Assembly (NCBI GenBank): GCA_963675785.1
Contig: OY776562.1
Coordinates: 2,752,001 to 2,816,000 of the forward strand
Source: Anaerolineae bacterium
GTDB lineage: Bacteria > Chloroflexota > Anaerolineae > UBA1429
DNA: 64,000 bases
Direction: 5' to 3'
Shown: positions 1-8,976 of the stretch, piece by piece
How positions within the stretch are numbered: position 1 is the first letter of the stretch
How the letters are laid out: every line of letters begins with the position of its first letter
Program-made: the position numbers and the translations under genes
Notes under the pieces: generated by a model
The model's database searches: none
Told to the model about the DNA's origin: nothing
The model's input: the letters and a program-made list of their open reading frames with translations, nothing else

Positions 1-1749
1 ATTCTGGGGGATCTTCATCCGCATCTTGTGGACCTGCCGCTCTTTACGGCTGGCCTAGCGCTTTGCCTTCAAATAGGAAGCCGTCCCCATAAATCGTTCA
101 AAGCGCTCGTTTGCAGCGTCGGCTTTTGGGTAGCTGCGGTTTTACTAGCGCTTGTCGCCATCACCAATAGTTGGGATCTGCCCACGCTGCTCTTCGTCTA
201 TGCCCTCGTTGTGTTGCCACAAGAACGGCAAAAACATCCCTTTTGGAGAGCTCTCTGGCAAACTACCAAAGCATGTGCTCTACTTGGCATAACAGCGTCG
301 GTACTGGCATCGCCCTTTTTTGTCCAGTTCGAAGCGCCTACGGGCGGCATTGGTATCAGCTACTATGCCTTTTCGGATATCGCCCTCTATGTACTCATGT
401 TTGGTGTATGGCTATTACCTATTGCCCTACTCTTTGCCAGACGCCGGGCAGCATCCCGGACGAGCCTTACCTTGGCTCTCATCATCCTAGGTACCATCGT
501 ACTGGGGGTTATCCTCTTGGGCGGGTGGGCGGATATTCTGCTTTCAGCCATTGGCATGTCCAGCGGAGGCTTGCTCTGGATTGCACTACTGCTGTGTCTG
601 GCATCATTACTGGCGAACAGCCTACAGCCTCAACAGCCTAATGGCACCACCCTGATACGCAGCCTCTTGACCGTGGCACTGGCCATCTCTCTATTCGCCG
701 AATGGTTCTACTTGCAGGATTCCTTTAACACCCGCATGAACACGCTATTCAAGGTATATGAGCAGGTTTGGATCATTTTGGGTGTAGTAGGGATCGCCTC
801 TTTGGCTCAACTGATAGCACAGCACGGTTGGAAGCGCACCTTTGCCTGGGTGGCAGCCTCGCTCATGCTGCTCTCTTGCACATATACTTGGCAAGCGGTG
901 GAAACCAGACTAGCTCAAGAAAGCGTCTCGCCCTCAATAGATGGAACTGCCTGGCTCCAAAATGCCAACGCTCAGGAATACGAGGCTCTGGTGTGGCTAG
1001 ATGAACATGCCGGAGAGGGCGATGTTCTCATCGAAGCTTGGGGCGATGAGTATGCTGCCAATGAATCCCGTTTTGCCGCCATAACCGGTGTATCCTCTGT
1101 ATTAGGCTGGTACGGCCATGAGGTGCAGTGGCGGGGGCAAACGACCGAACTTTTACAGCGTAAGAACGATATTGATGGTTTTTATGGCGAAAAGACGTCA
1201 GTAGACAAACTGCGAGACATCATCGAGGGTTACAGCATTGATTGGATCATTTATGGCCCGGCAGAGAGACAACAATACGCAATCGAAGAAGTGAATCCAC
1301 ATCTAGAGGAATTGACCCAAGTCGTCTTTGAAAACGATCAGGTGATCATTCTTCAAGTCGTTCCCCAAAAACGGATACGAGACAAAACAAAGAGCAGCTC
1401 TGATCAGAGCTGCTCTTTTACTTGGGGGTTCCCCCAATTACATTGCGTTAAAGCTGCGCATCAGGGAGGACTTTTTCCTGCCCACGCTATTCGCGTGCAG
1501 AACACCCTTTTGGGATGCCATATCCAGAGCACTCACTGCTTCACGTACTGCAAGCTCAGCTGCAGTCTTGTCGCCAGCCGCGATAGACTCGTTAGCCTTT
1601 TTCACGGCGGTCTTGGTCTGAGACATTACCATTCGATTGTGCATACGCCGCTTTTCGTTCTGGCGAACGCGCTTGAGCGCGGATATCGTGTGTGCCAAGG
1701 TAAATCCTCCATATGTAAATTAGAGCATACGCCATTTACAGATAAATAG
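1..1749 (+). CDS. DUF2298 / Chlor_Arch_YYY-type polytopic membrane protein (GT-C-like), 5' partial; homologous region appears to end near 1368, and the ORF then runs through a terminator and antisense over rpsT
   Basis: Frame is open from base 1 (ILGDLHPHLVDLP); many TM segments; RMNTLFKVYEQVW, DGTAWL and LGWYGHEVQWRG motifs typical of this family. Confidence 0.75.
   Translation: MLGDLHPHLVDLPLFTAGLALCLQIGSRPHKSFKALVCSVGFWVAAVLLALVAITNSWDLPTLLFVYALVVLPQERQKHPFWRALWQTTKACALLGITASVLASPFFVQFEAPTGGIGISYYAFSDIALYVLMFGVWLLPIALLFARRRAASRTSLTLALIILGTIVLGVILLGGWADILLSAIGMSSGGLLWIALLLCLASLLANSLQPQQPNGTTLIRSLLTVALAISLFAEWFYLQDSFNTRMNTLFKVYEQVWIILGVVGIASLAQLIAQHGWKRTFAWVAASLMLLSCTYTWQAVETRLAQESVSPSIDGTAWLQNANAQEYEALVWLDEHAGEGDVLIEAWGDEYAANESRFAAITGVSSVLGWYGHEVQWRGQTTELLQRKNDIDGFYGEKTSVDKLRDIIEGYSIDWIIYGPAERQQYAIEEVNPHLEELTQVVFENDQVIILQVVPQKRIRDKTKSSSDQSCSFTWGFPQLHCVKAAHQGGLFPAHAIRVQNTLLGCHIQSTHCFTYCKLSCSLVASRDRLVSLFHGGLGLRHYHSIVHTPLFVLANALERGYRVCQGKSSICKLEHTPFTDK
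1389..1419. terminator. Bidirectional intrinsic terminator (perfect 30-bp palindrome)
   Basis: AAAGAGCAGCTCTGA|TCAGAGCTGCTCTTT with T-rich tails on both strands, between convergent genes. Confidence 0.85.
1438..1698 (-). CDS. rpsT: 30S ribosomal protein S20
   Basis: MAHTISALKRVRQNEKRRMHNR...KGVLHANSVGRKKSSL; 86 aa; GGAGG RBS. Confidence 0.97.
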   Translation of the reverse strand: MAHTISALKRVRQNEKRRMHNRMVMSQTKTAVKKANESIAAGDKTAAELAVREAVSALDMASQKGVLHANSVGRKKSSLMRSFNAM

Positions 1750-1806
1750 TATATACAAACTTGTCCGGTCTGTCGAATTGGACAATAAGAGATGTGTTTC
1801 TGTTAG

Positions 1807-2589
1807 TTAGTTAGCTGGTTCGCGCAACGAGAAAACCACGTAAAGGCTAAAGGCAGCAAAGAGGGCATTGACCAACTCGGCCAGGGGCAGCCCCACCAGA
1901 CCCGCCAGCCCGGGGATGATTACCGCGATCGAAGCGTGATAGATAAAGGCAAAACCAAACCACCGCTTTTGCTTTGAAGCAATGCTTTGCAGAACCAGCA
2001 ATGACCAGGCTAATTGATGTGGTAACGTAAGCACGCGCTCCACGGCAACGAGAAGCGGTTGTTCCCACGAGGTGCTGGCAATTGTGGTGAGCACCTCCTT
2101 GAGGCCTTCGCTTGCCCCTGCACCCAATGCATCCATCACCGTGCTTGGGCCAACAAAACTAATCATCACATAACCCAAAAGATACACAAAGGTCAGACCT
2201 GCGATAAGAATCATCGTCTCGACTGAAGCATGCCCCAAGCCATACATGATGCCATTTTCCCAGTTGAGATCGGCCTCAAGTCGGGGAAACAAAACCTTGT
2301 ATCCCCAAAAACGTCCGCCTTCCTCTATGAGGCTTGTCAAGGCCGCCATGGCCAAAAGCCAGAGAAAGGCTGCGGTTTCGCCACCATAGGTGGCGCCGAA
2401 CACTATATCCAGGTAGGCACTTAATGGCAGCCAGGTAACCAGTTGAAATAGAGCGAATACAAAAGCTCCAGCAAAAAAAACGTGCCAGCTAACATGTGCG
2501 CGCCGACGAAACCGGAGCGTTATGCCCAGAGGAAAACCCACCTGAACGATCAATGACACAATAAATGCGATAATAGTCGGTCCGCTCAA
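1807..2589 (-). CDS. YhfC family intramembrane glutamic endopeptidase
   Basis: Multi-TM; EEGGRF, YGLGHASVE, ER and H motifs. Confidence 0.85.
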   Translation of the reverse strand: MSGPTIIAFIVSLIVQVGFPLGITLRFRRRAHVSWHVFFAGAFVFALFQLVTWLPLSAYLDIVFGATYGGETAAFLWLLAMAALTSLIEEGGRFWGYKVLFPRLEADLNWENGIMYGLGHASVETMILIAGLTFVYLLGYVMISFVGPSTVMDALGAGASEGLKEVLTTIASTSWEQPLLVAVERVLTLPHQLAWSLLVLQSIASKQKRWFGFAFIYHASIAVIIPGLAGLVGLPLAELVNALFAAFSLYVVFSLREPAN

Positions 2590-2728
2590 GTCATCCCCCC
2601 ATGATCGGATCGCAAGGATTCATTCTGTCCATTATATGCCGCCTCAGCGTCCTGACAACCTAAAGTTTAGCTCGCACGGAATCAGCAGACCTGCTATACT
2701 CTGAACATTCGCTGTAAATGGAAAGAGG

Positions 2729-2887
2729 GTGAGTACGAAGACGCGTCCGATCTTTTGGCTTGATCTCTTTATTCTCATCGTCGTGATGTTTCTGGTCATT
2801 GCTCAACAGTGGGATTATGTGTTGGCGTTACTTATTGCGTTGGTGGTTATGAACTATTTCCACCGCACGATAAATGATCGAGAATAG
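2729..2887 (+). CDS. Unannotated 52-aa small membrane protein (MSTKTRPIFWLDLFILIVVMFLVIAQQWDYVLALLIALVVMNYFHRTINDRE)
   Basis: GTG start after purine-rich GGAAAGAGG; extended -10 TGCTATACT at 2692-2700; two hydrophobic segments; below the ORF-track size cutoff. Confidence 0.65.
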   Translation: MSTKTRPIFWLDLFILIVVMFLVIAQQWDYVLALLIALVVMNYFHRTINDRE

Positions 2888-2947
2888 AATAATATGATAT
2901 TATGTATAATAATTGTAACAAGCCCTCGGCTTGGCTATACTTGAGTT

Positions 2948-5095
2948 ATGGAAGAACAAACGGTCCTCTTACAATCAAAAGAGCTTCTTGATCGGGTACG
3001 CGCCTATTACCCTGAAGATGTAGAGCGTGTGCAGCACGCCATCGATTACGCCATCCAGGCGCATGATGGGCAGTTTCGCGTGTCTGGCGATCCTTATATC
3101 GTACACCCGCTTGAGGTAGCCATCATCCTTGCAGATTTGCAAATGGATGTCTCTACCGTCATTGCCGGCATATTGCACGATGTTGTTGAGGATACCGGGG
3201 TCACTCTGGAGGAACTATCCGAGCAGTTCGGATCCACAGTGGCTCAACTAGTAGATGGTGTTACCAAGCTGTTGCGTGTCAAACGAAAGAGCAAGGTAGA
3301 TACCGACGATCTGGACGACGAGCAGGCTGAAAATCTTCGCAAGATGATATTGGCCATGGTGGATGATATTCGAGTTGTCATCATCAAACTGGCCGATCGC
3401 CTGCATAACATGCGCACACTGAGTGCGCTACCCCGAGAGAAACAGATACGCAAAGCCCGTGAGACCCTTGAAGTGTACGCTCCCCTGGCCAACCGCATGG
3501 GTATCTGGCAGCTCAAATGGCAACTCGAGGATCTTTCTTTTCGTTATCTGAACGAAGAAAAGTATTACGAGATTGCACAATTGCTGGCCGAACGCCGTAG
3601 CGACCGCTCTGGCTACCTTGAGCGCGTCATCAACAGTATCAGAGATAACCTTGCTGCACAGGGCATCCAAGCCCGCATTACGGGCCGCCCCAAGCACATC
3701 TATAGCATTTACCGCAAGATGATGACTAAAGCACGCGTTTTTGACCATATCTATGACGTACGCGGTATTCGCATCATCGTTGATCAGGTGCAAGATTGCT
3801 ACCACGTGCTGGGCATAGTCCATACCATGTGGCGGCCTATCCCCGGCGAATTTGACGATTACATCGCCATGCCCAAAGACAATGGCTACCAATCGCTGCA
3901 TACGGCAGTGGTAGCCCTGGATGGTCGCCCTCTTGAAGTGCAAATCCGCACCGAAGAGATGCATCAGGTTGCCGAGTTCGGTATCGCCGCCCACTGGCGG
4001 TACAAAGAGGGAGTTAAACGGGATAAATCCATCGAAGACAAGATAGCCTGGCTGCGACAGGTGACTGACTGGCGCGAAGAAGTAGAAGATGCTGGCCAGT
4101 TTGTTGATTCGATGAAGAGCGATGTCTTTGTCGATCGTATCTATGTCTTTACCCCCAAAGGCGAGATCATTGACCTCCCCCAGGGGGCCACCCCCGTTGA
4201 TTTTGCATATCAGATCCACTCTGAGATTGGCCACCGCTGCCGCGGGGCCAAGATCGATGGCCGCCTTGTCGCGCTCGATTACAAACTCAAGACGGGCGAC
4301 CAGGTAGAGATCATCACTGCCAAACAGGGCAAGCCCAGTCGTGACTGGCTCAACTCCAGCCTGGGCTATGTTGCCACACAACGTGCACGTCAAAAGATTC
4401 GCCAGTGGTTTAGGCGGCAAGAGCGCGAACAGAACATCTCCGCAGGCCGCGAAATACTTGAGCGTGAATTACACCGTCTGGGGTTCGAACAGCAATCTTT
4501 TACCGAGATAGCTCACCTTTTCAAGTACGACCGTGTCGAAGACTTTATGGCCGCGCTTGGTTATGGCGATGTCAGCCGAACCCAAATCGCTGCCAAGATC
4601 GATGCGGCTGAGCAGAAAACCGACGGCCTCAAACTCAAGGATCTCACTTTTAGCAGCGATACCGAGGTTCAGGTCGATGGTGTTGGTGATCTGCTCACAA
4701 AATTCGGGCAATGCTGCAGCCCCGTGCCTGGTGATGCTATCGTGGGGTACATTACACGTGGCAAAGGTATTACCATTCACCGTGCCGATTGCCCCAACAT
4801 CGTCAACTTGGACGACAGCGAACGCCTGATTAATGTATCCTGGTCGCAAGGGGAAAAGATTTATGCCGTTCAGCTGCGCATAGACGCATTTGATCGACCA
4901 GGCATGTTAAGGGATATTGCTTCTATTGTTGCAGATGCAGGTATCAGTATGTCTTCCGTCAATGTGACTTCCAACCCTGATAGTACCACTACCATCAAAG
5001 CAAGCATGGGGGTTCATAGTGTTACTGAGTTAGCTTCCCTCATCAACAAGCTACAAGGCATTCGAGACATTCTGGATGTCACCAGAATGGCATAA
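2948..5095 (+). CDS. relA: Bifunctional (p)ppGpp synthetase/hydrolase (long RSH)
   Basis: HD hydrolase (ILHDVVED), synthetase (GRPKHIYSI, YQSLHT, EVQIRT), TGS, CC and ACT domains. Confidence 0.97.
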   Translation: MEEQTVLLQSKELLDRVRAYYPEDVERVQHAIDYAIQAHDGQFRVSGDPYIVHPLEVAIILADLQMDVSTVIAGILHDVVEDTGVTLEELSEQFGSTVAQLVDGVTKLLRVKRKSKVDTDDLDDEQAENLRKMILAMVDDIRVVIIKLADRLHNMRTLSALPREKQIRKARETLEVYAPLANRMGIWQLKWQLEDLSFRYLNEEKYYEIAQLLAERRSDRSGYLERVINSIRDNLAAQGIQARITGRPKHIYSIYRKMMTKARVFDHIYDVRGIRIIVDQVQDCYHVLGIVHTMWRPIPGEFDDYIAMPKDNGYQSLHTAVVALDGRPLEVQIRTEEMHQVAEFGIAAHWRYKEGVKRDKSIEDKIAWLRQVTDWREEVEDAGQFVDSMKSDVFVDRIYVFTPKGEIIDLPQGATPVDFAYQIHSEIGHRCRGAKIDGRLVALDYKLKTGDQVEIITAKQGKPSRDWLNSSLGYVATQRARQKIRQWFRRQEREQNISAGREILERELHRLGFEQQSFTEIAHLFKYDRVEDFMAALGYGDVSRTQIAAKIDAAEQKTDGLKLKDLTFSSDTEVQVDGVGDLLTKFGQCCSPVPGDAIVGYITRGKGITIHRADCPNIVNLDDSERLINVSWSQGEKIYAVQLRIDAFDRPGMLRDIASIVADAGISMSSVNVTSNPDSTTTIKASMGVHSVTELASLINKLQGIRDILDVTRMA

Positions 5096-5096
5096 A

Positions 5097-5128
5097 AAAA
5101 CAACCCTCTGCAAGCAGGGGGTTGTTTT
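5097..5128. terminator. Bidirectional intrinsic terminator
   Basis: AAAACAACCCTCTGC-AA-GCAGGGGGTTGTTTT between convergent rel and PPIase genes. Confidence 0.85.
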
Positions 5129-5149
5129 CACAAGTTCTAATGAATCGAT

Positions 5150-6388
5150 CTAGAGATCAGGGATCATGGAAGATGTCCAATAACTCTTGACGTCATCCGC
5201 AGCACGTTGTTCTGCGAACCACGCATCCGCGGCATCCTCTTGCACAAGGCTAAGTGAGTATTCGTCCAATTCCATATCCTCAGCCTGGTCGGTCACTTTG
5301 AGCAATTCCCAACCATTCGACGTCTCAACCGGTTCGCTGGTCTCGCCAACTTCAAGTGCAAAGGCCACTTCAGCTAGCGCATCAGACATCTGCGCCGCAG
5401 GAACCCAACCAACTTCGGCACTCACGCTCATATCGAGATTCTCTTCACGCTCCTGAGCCATCTCCTCAAAGCTGGCCCCCGCGAGTACCAGTTCGCGTGC
5501 AGTCTGAGCTTCTTCCTCAGTATCAAAAGCCATTCGCCACAAATAGATCTGCTCGGCAGTAGTCGGGGCCTCTGCCATAATAGCATTCTGGACGGCCTCT
5601 AAATACAAAGAGTTTTCTACAAGCTTGTATAGATCCTCTTTGGTATACCCGGAGGCCGCCTCAATACTGGTGAAATAAGAGTCGGCTGTCGTCTCGTATT
5701 CTTCTTGTGTCATGGGTACTTCAGTAGGTGTTGCAGTAGCCTCAACTGTGGCGGTAACCGTCTCAGTTGTCGTAATAGAATCCGTCACTATTGCTGTAGG
5801 TACCGTAGTTGCTGTGGGAACAAGTGTCGCCGTAATAGTCTCAGCAGCAGCTATAGCAGTTGCCGAAGCTGCATCGGCTTCACGGTCATAGCCAAAGGTG
5901 CTCTCGACCTCAAGCTGAACCTCTTCATCCGTGATGACAATACCGCGAGCCTCTGCCTCGCGTCGAGCGATGGCATAGTTCAAGAGCTCGTCCAACACAG
6001 TTGTTGGCAGTTCCTGAATCTCTTGTTGAACAGTTTCAATCTCTGACTCGTACGTCGAGACAAGGAAGGACAAATCCTCACTCGAGTTAAAATAGTCAAC
6101 ATAGTCGTTCAGCGTCGAAAGCTCATCCCACAATGTTACAGCACGATAAGCATATAAACCTTGATAATCGGCCAATGTGATCTTTTGGTCGCCTACTCTG
6201 GCAACTGCCTTGTTTGGCTTCCATGAATACTCGTAAAGGGCACCAAAAACAAGAATCGACACAACCAAACCGATTACGCCGTAGGTGCTAATCTTGGCAA
6301 TGCGATCCATACGTTCCTGTCGAGCACGGTGTGACTTGTGCTTGGGGCTCAGGAACTCGTCAGAGGGTCTAACTGACTTTTTAGACAT
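5150..6388 (-). CDS. Membrane-anchored SurA/PrsA-like peptidyl-prolyl isomerase with Thr/Ala-rich linker
   Basis: N-terminal TM, VARVGDQKIT SurA-N, parvulin-like C-terminus (AFALEVGETSEPVETSNGW); start at ATG after AGGAG RBS. Confidence 0.85.
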   Translation of the reverse strand: MSKKSVRPSDEFLSPKHKSHRARQERMDRIAKISTYGVIGLVVSILVFGALYEYSWKPNKAVARVGDQKITLADYQGLYAYRAVTLWDELSTLNDYVDYFNSSEDLSFLVSTYESEIETVQQEIQELPTTVLDELLNYAIARREAEARGIVITDEEVQLEVESTFGYDREADAASATAIAAAETITATLVPTATTVPTAIVTDSITTTETVTATVEATATPTEVPMTQEEYETTADSYFTSIEAASGYTKEDLYKLVENSLYLEAVQNAIMAEAPTTAEQIYLWRMAFDTEEEAQTARELVLAGASFEEMAQEREENLDMSVSAEVGWVPAAQMSDALAEVAFALEVGETSEPVETSNGWELLKVTDQAEDMELDEYSLSLVQEDAADAWFAEQRAADDVKSYWTSSMIPDL

Positions 6389-6400
6389 ATCGTCTCCTAG

Positions 6401-6437
6401 AAACAAAAGAGGGGCACTGGCCAACGCCCATGCCCCT
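6401..6437 (-). terminator. Intrinsic terminator downstream of the S6-S18 gene
   Basis: Minus strand AGGGGCAT...GTGCCCCT followed by CTTTTGTTT. Confidence 0.6.
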
Positions 6438-6489
6438 ACCAAAGACCCCTGCAATCATTTCAGCTCTTGCCGCAAAGCGGTGCGAATGA

Positions 6490-7086
6490 CTAGTCGTTCT
6501 CACGCACGTGCGCAGGCGCATAAGGCAACAGAGCCATATAGCGAGATCGCTTGATGGCGTTAGAGAGCATGCGCTGGTGCTTGGCGCAGGAATTCGTCCG
6601 GCGTCGCGGCAGAATACGCCCACGCTGATTGACATAGCGTCGTAGAGTAGCTACATCCTTATAGTCGATCTCATCGATATTCTCAACACAAAAGTTGCAA
6701 ACCTTTTGATGATGACGGTGCGAACGCTGCTGATCTCCACCAGAGCGAGATCCACCCTCTTCATCCTGTTCTGCATCTTGGACTTCTTCGACGACAACTA
6801 CTGGCTCAACCCTGAGCATAATGTCGCGAAGTATGTCTTCAGACAGTCGCAGTGCTCGCTTGACAGCTTCAAGTGCGGGGTTACTCATCTCAGCAAGAAC
6901 CAAGACATAGTGCCCGTCCCGATATCGACCGATAGGATACGCCAGCTGCCTCTTGCCCATATCCGTCACTTTGGTTATAACACCCTCGTTCGAGGTAATG
7001 GTTTCTTTTACCTGCTCGACGAGAGCGTTGAGCTGCTCCTCTTCCAAAGTGGGCTGCACAACAAACAATAATTCGTAACTACGCAA
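6490..7086 (-). CDS. rpsF-rpsR: Fused 30S ribosomal protein S6-S18 (198 aa)
   Basis: TTG start after GGAGG; N-half is S6 ([24 protein letters not shown]); C-half is Zn-type S18 (CNFC, IDYKDV, GRILPRR, CAKHQR, AIKRSR); no stop between them. Confidence 0.92.
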   Translation of the reverse strand: MRSYELLFVVQPTLEEEQLNALVEQVKETITSNEGVITKVTDMGKRQLAYPIGRYRDGHYVLVLAEMSNPALEAVKRALRLSEDILRDIMLRVEPVVVVEEVQDAEQDEEGGSRSGGDQQRSHRHHQKVCNFCVENIDEIDYKDVATLRRYVNQRGRILPRRRTNSCAKHQRMLSNAIKRSRYMALLPYAPAHVREND

Positions 7087-7090
7087 GATG

Positions 7091-7165
7091 GTGCCTCCTC
7101 CCTGCGGATTCGCCCCACTCCTTTTTACGACGTTGGCCACGTCGTTACGGTGGGGCAGAAAGGTA
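7091..7165 (-). promoter_or_regulatory. Putative S6:S18-binding autoregulatory leader RNA
   Basis: GCCCCAC/GTGGGGC and ACGACGT/ACGTCGT stems, then an unpaired CCG just 5' of the GGAGG RBS, as in the known S6:S18 leader. Confidence 0.7.
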
Positions 7166-7195
7166 ACTATCGATGCGCCAAGCGCATCATCATAG

Positions 7196-7224
7196 ATTAT
7201 ACGTGCTAGCGCACGACCTGCCAA
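7196..7224 (-). promoter_or_regulatory. Sigma70-type promoter of rpsF-rpsR
   Basis: TTGGCA-17 bp-TATAAT on the minus strand. Confidence 0.7.
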
Positions 7225-7230
7225 AATGAG

Positions 7231-7908
7231 CTATGTTCTAGTCTCTCGGGCTTGTTCTAGTATAGCTGCAGACCATTCACAGCCACCTTTTTGCAAAGCA
7301 TAGGGGCATGCTTGTAACGGATGCACGGGGATATCCAATTCAAGGCTTGCAAGCGCATTATACAGATGGCAAAGCGGCAACCCCATTACGTTGGCATAGC
7401 ATTGTTGAATGCTCTCAACGGGCTGAAACGCATTGGACTGGATGGCATAAGCGCCCGCTTTGTCCATAGGGTTCCCCGTTGCGACATATTGGAATATCTC
7501 AGCATTTGTGTACTCTCGCATCTGCACAGGCGTAGTGGCCAGTTGTATGTTCGCAATGCCTCGCACTTGACAAATAACGGCCAAGCCCGTATGAACAAGG
7601 TGTTCTCGACCACGCAAACGCTGCAGCATTTCAACCGCTTGAGCCTCATCTGCGGGCTTACCCAAAACCGCATTATCGATGACAACCAGGGTATCCGCAG
7701 CAATAATGACCGATTCATGATACTCTTGGCTAACTACACAAGCCTTGGATTCAGCCAGGCGAAGAGCTAACGCCTCAGGGACTTCACAGTCATGGGGATT
7801 CTCGTCGACATCAGAAACAATTATATCGAAATGCAGACCTAAACTACCGAGTAGCTCGCTCCGCCGAGGTGAACCTGATGCCAATACAATCTGAATGACA
7901 TGATCCAA
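7231..7908 (-). CDS. maf: Maf family nucleoside triphosphate pyrophosphatase
   Basis: IVLASGSPRR, ADT..V..LGKP, DKAGAYAIQ, NVMGLP. Confidence 0.95.
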   Translation of the reverse strand: MDHVIQIVLASGSPRRSELLGSLGLHFDIIVSDVDENPHDCEVPEALALRLAESKACVVSQEYHESVIIAADTLVVIDNAVLGKPADEAQAVEMLQRLRGREHLVHTGLAVICQVRGIANIQLATTPVQMREYTNAEIFQYVATGNPMDKAGAYAIQSNAFQPVESIQQCYANVMGLPLCHLYNALASLELDIPVHPLQACPYALQKGGCEWSAAILEQARETRT

Positions 7909-8008
7909 AATAGTTACCTACCTCTGTCTCTTTTACTATCGATTATATGGACAGTCCACTGGAGCTTCAAATAGATTAAATGCCTATTGTAACTTTTATG
8001 CTGCTTTC

Positions 8009-8038
8009 CTTTACTTTGTGTTAACCATGCACTACAAT
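8009..8038 (+). promoter_or_regulatory. Promoter of the response regulator (TTTACT-17-TACAAT) overlapped by a direct-repeat box CTTTACTTTGTGTTAACCATG
   Basis: Box 8009-8029 is 18/21 identical to the box upstream of flp (57216-57236, minus strand). Confidence 0.6.
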
Positions 8039-8097
8039 GGGTTGGACATTGTGACCCAGCCATAGTCTGCATTTCAGAGACGGATGGGGAGGAAAAG

Positions 8098-8808
8098 ATG
8101 GACCCCAAGGCAAAATTACTCATTATTGATGATGATACAACACTGATCAAAGCCTTGGAGATGTATCTCACGCGAGAGGGCTATGAGGTACACCTTGCTA
8201 ATAATGGTATGGACGGCCTCAAGAGCTTTTACACATTGAGGCCGGAACTTGTTGTGCTTGATGTAATGATGCCCGAAATGGACGGCTGGGAGGCTTGCCG
8301 ACGTATACGTGAACTCTCGACCGTACCGATCATCATGCTCACCGCCAAAGGCCAAGAGAATGATCGGGTTATGGGTTTGAGGCTTGGCGCAGATGATTAC
8401 GTGCCTAAACCCTTTAGCCTTAAAGAACTCGTTGCCCGTGTTGAGGCTATCCTCCGCCGCACGAAAATGCAGGAATCTAGTACAAGCACGAATAATGTAT
8501 TGTATGTTACCGAGAACATCCTGATCGATTCGGAAAACTGGGAAGTTCGCCGTGATGGCGACCGCGTTGAGCTGACTTCGACAGAAATGCGCCTACTCTT
8601 TTACCTTGCCGAGAACGCCGGGCATGTCCTCTCGCATCAACAGCTCCTCCAAAAAGTGTGGGGACCCGAATACGTTGATAACATGGACTATACCAAACTG
8701 TATATCTGGCGACTCAGGCAAAAGATCGAGGAAGACCCCAAGAATCCCCGTTACATCCTCACTGCCAGGGGAATTGGATACAGAATGCAAAGAGCTGACG
8801 CGGTCTAG
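8098..8808 (+). CDS. OmpR/PhoB family response regulator (orphan, no adjacent kinase)
   Basis: Receiver (IIDDD, LDVMMPEMDG, MLTAK, ADDYVPKPF) plus winged helix (LRQKIEEDPKNPRYILTARGIGY). Confidence 0.95.
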   Translation: MDPKAKLLIIDDDTTLIKALEMYLTREGYEVHLANNGMDGLKSFYTLRPELVVLDVMMPEMDGWEACRRIRELSTVPIIMLTAKGQENDRVMGLRLGADDYVPKPFSLKELVARVEAILRRTKMQESSTSTNNVLYVTENILIDSENWEVRRDGDRVELTSTEMRLLFYLAENAGHVLSHQQLLQKVWGPEYVDNMDYTKLYIWRLRQKIEEDPKNPRYILTARGIGYRMQRADAV

Positions 8809-8823
8809 GCCGCGTCTTTTTTT
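8797..8823 (+). terminator. Intrinsic terminator
   Basis: GACGCGGTC-TA-GGCCGCGTC followed by T7. Confidence 0.8.
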
Positions 8824-8857
8824 GCCCTATACACATGAATCCGCGACAGAGCTTGTC

Positions 8858-8886
8858 TTGACACACCCTAGCGGCTGTGTCATACT
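8858..8886 (+). promoter_or_regulatory. Promoter of the tsaE operon with overlapping inverted repeat
   Basis: TTGACA-17-CATACT; TGACACA-N10-TGTGTCA at 8859-8882. Confidence 0.6.
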
Positions 8887-8976
8887 TGCGAATACTGTGC
8901 CTGGTCAAACACTCTGGTGTCTACTGATAATCCTCTGCCAGAGCCTTAAACACCCCAATCGGGGAAAGGACGTCAC

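Noticed and set aside
3428-4420. 330-aa antisense ORF inside rel, and many similar shadow ORFs (for example 62288-63031, 59580-60206, 15481-16023)
   Set aside because: Mirror-frame ORFs expected from codon bias of conserved genes; no RBS or recognisable motifs
5700-5880. Thr/Ala-rich low-complexity stretch as a tandem repeat or CRISPR array
   Set aside because: Degenerate coding linker inside the PPIase; no fixed repeat-spacer periodicity here or elsewhere in the window
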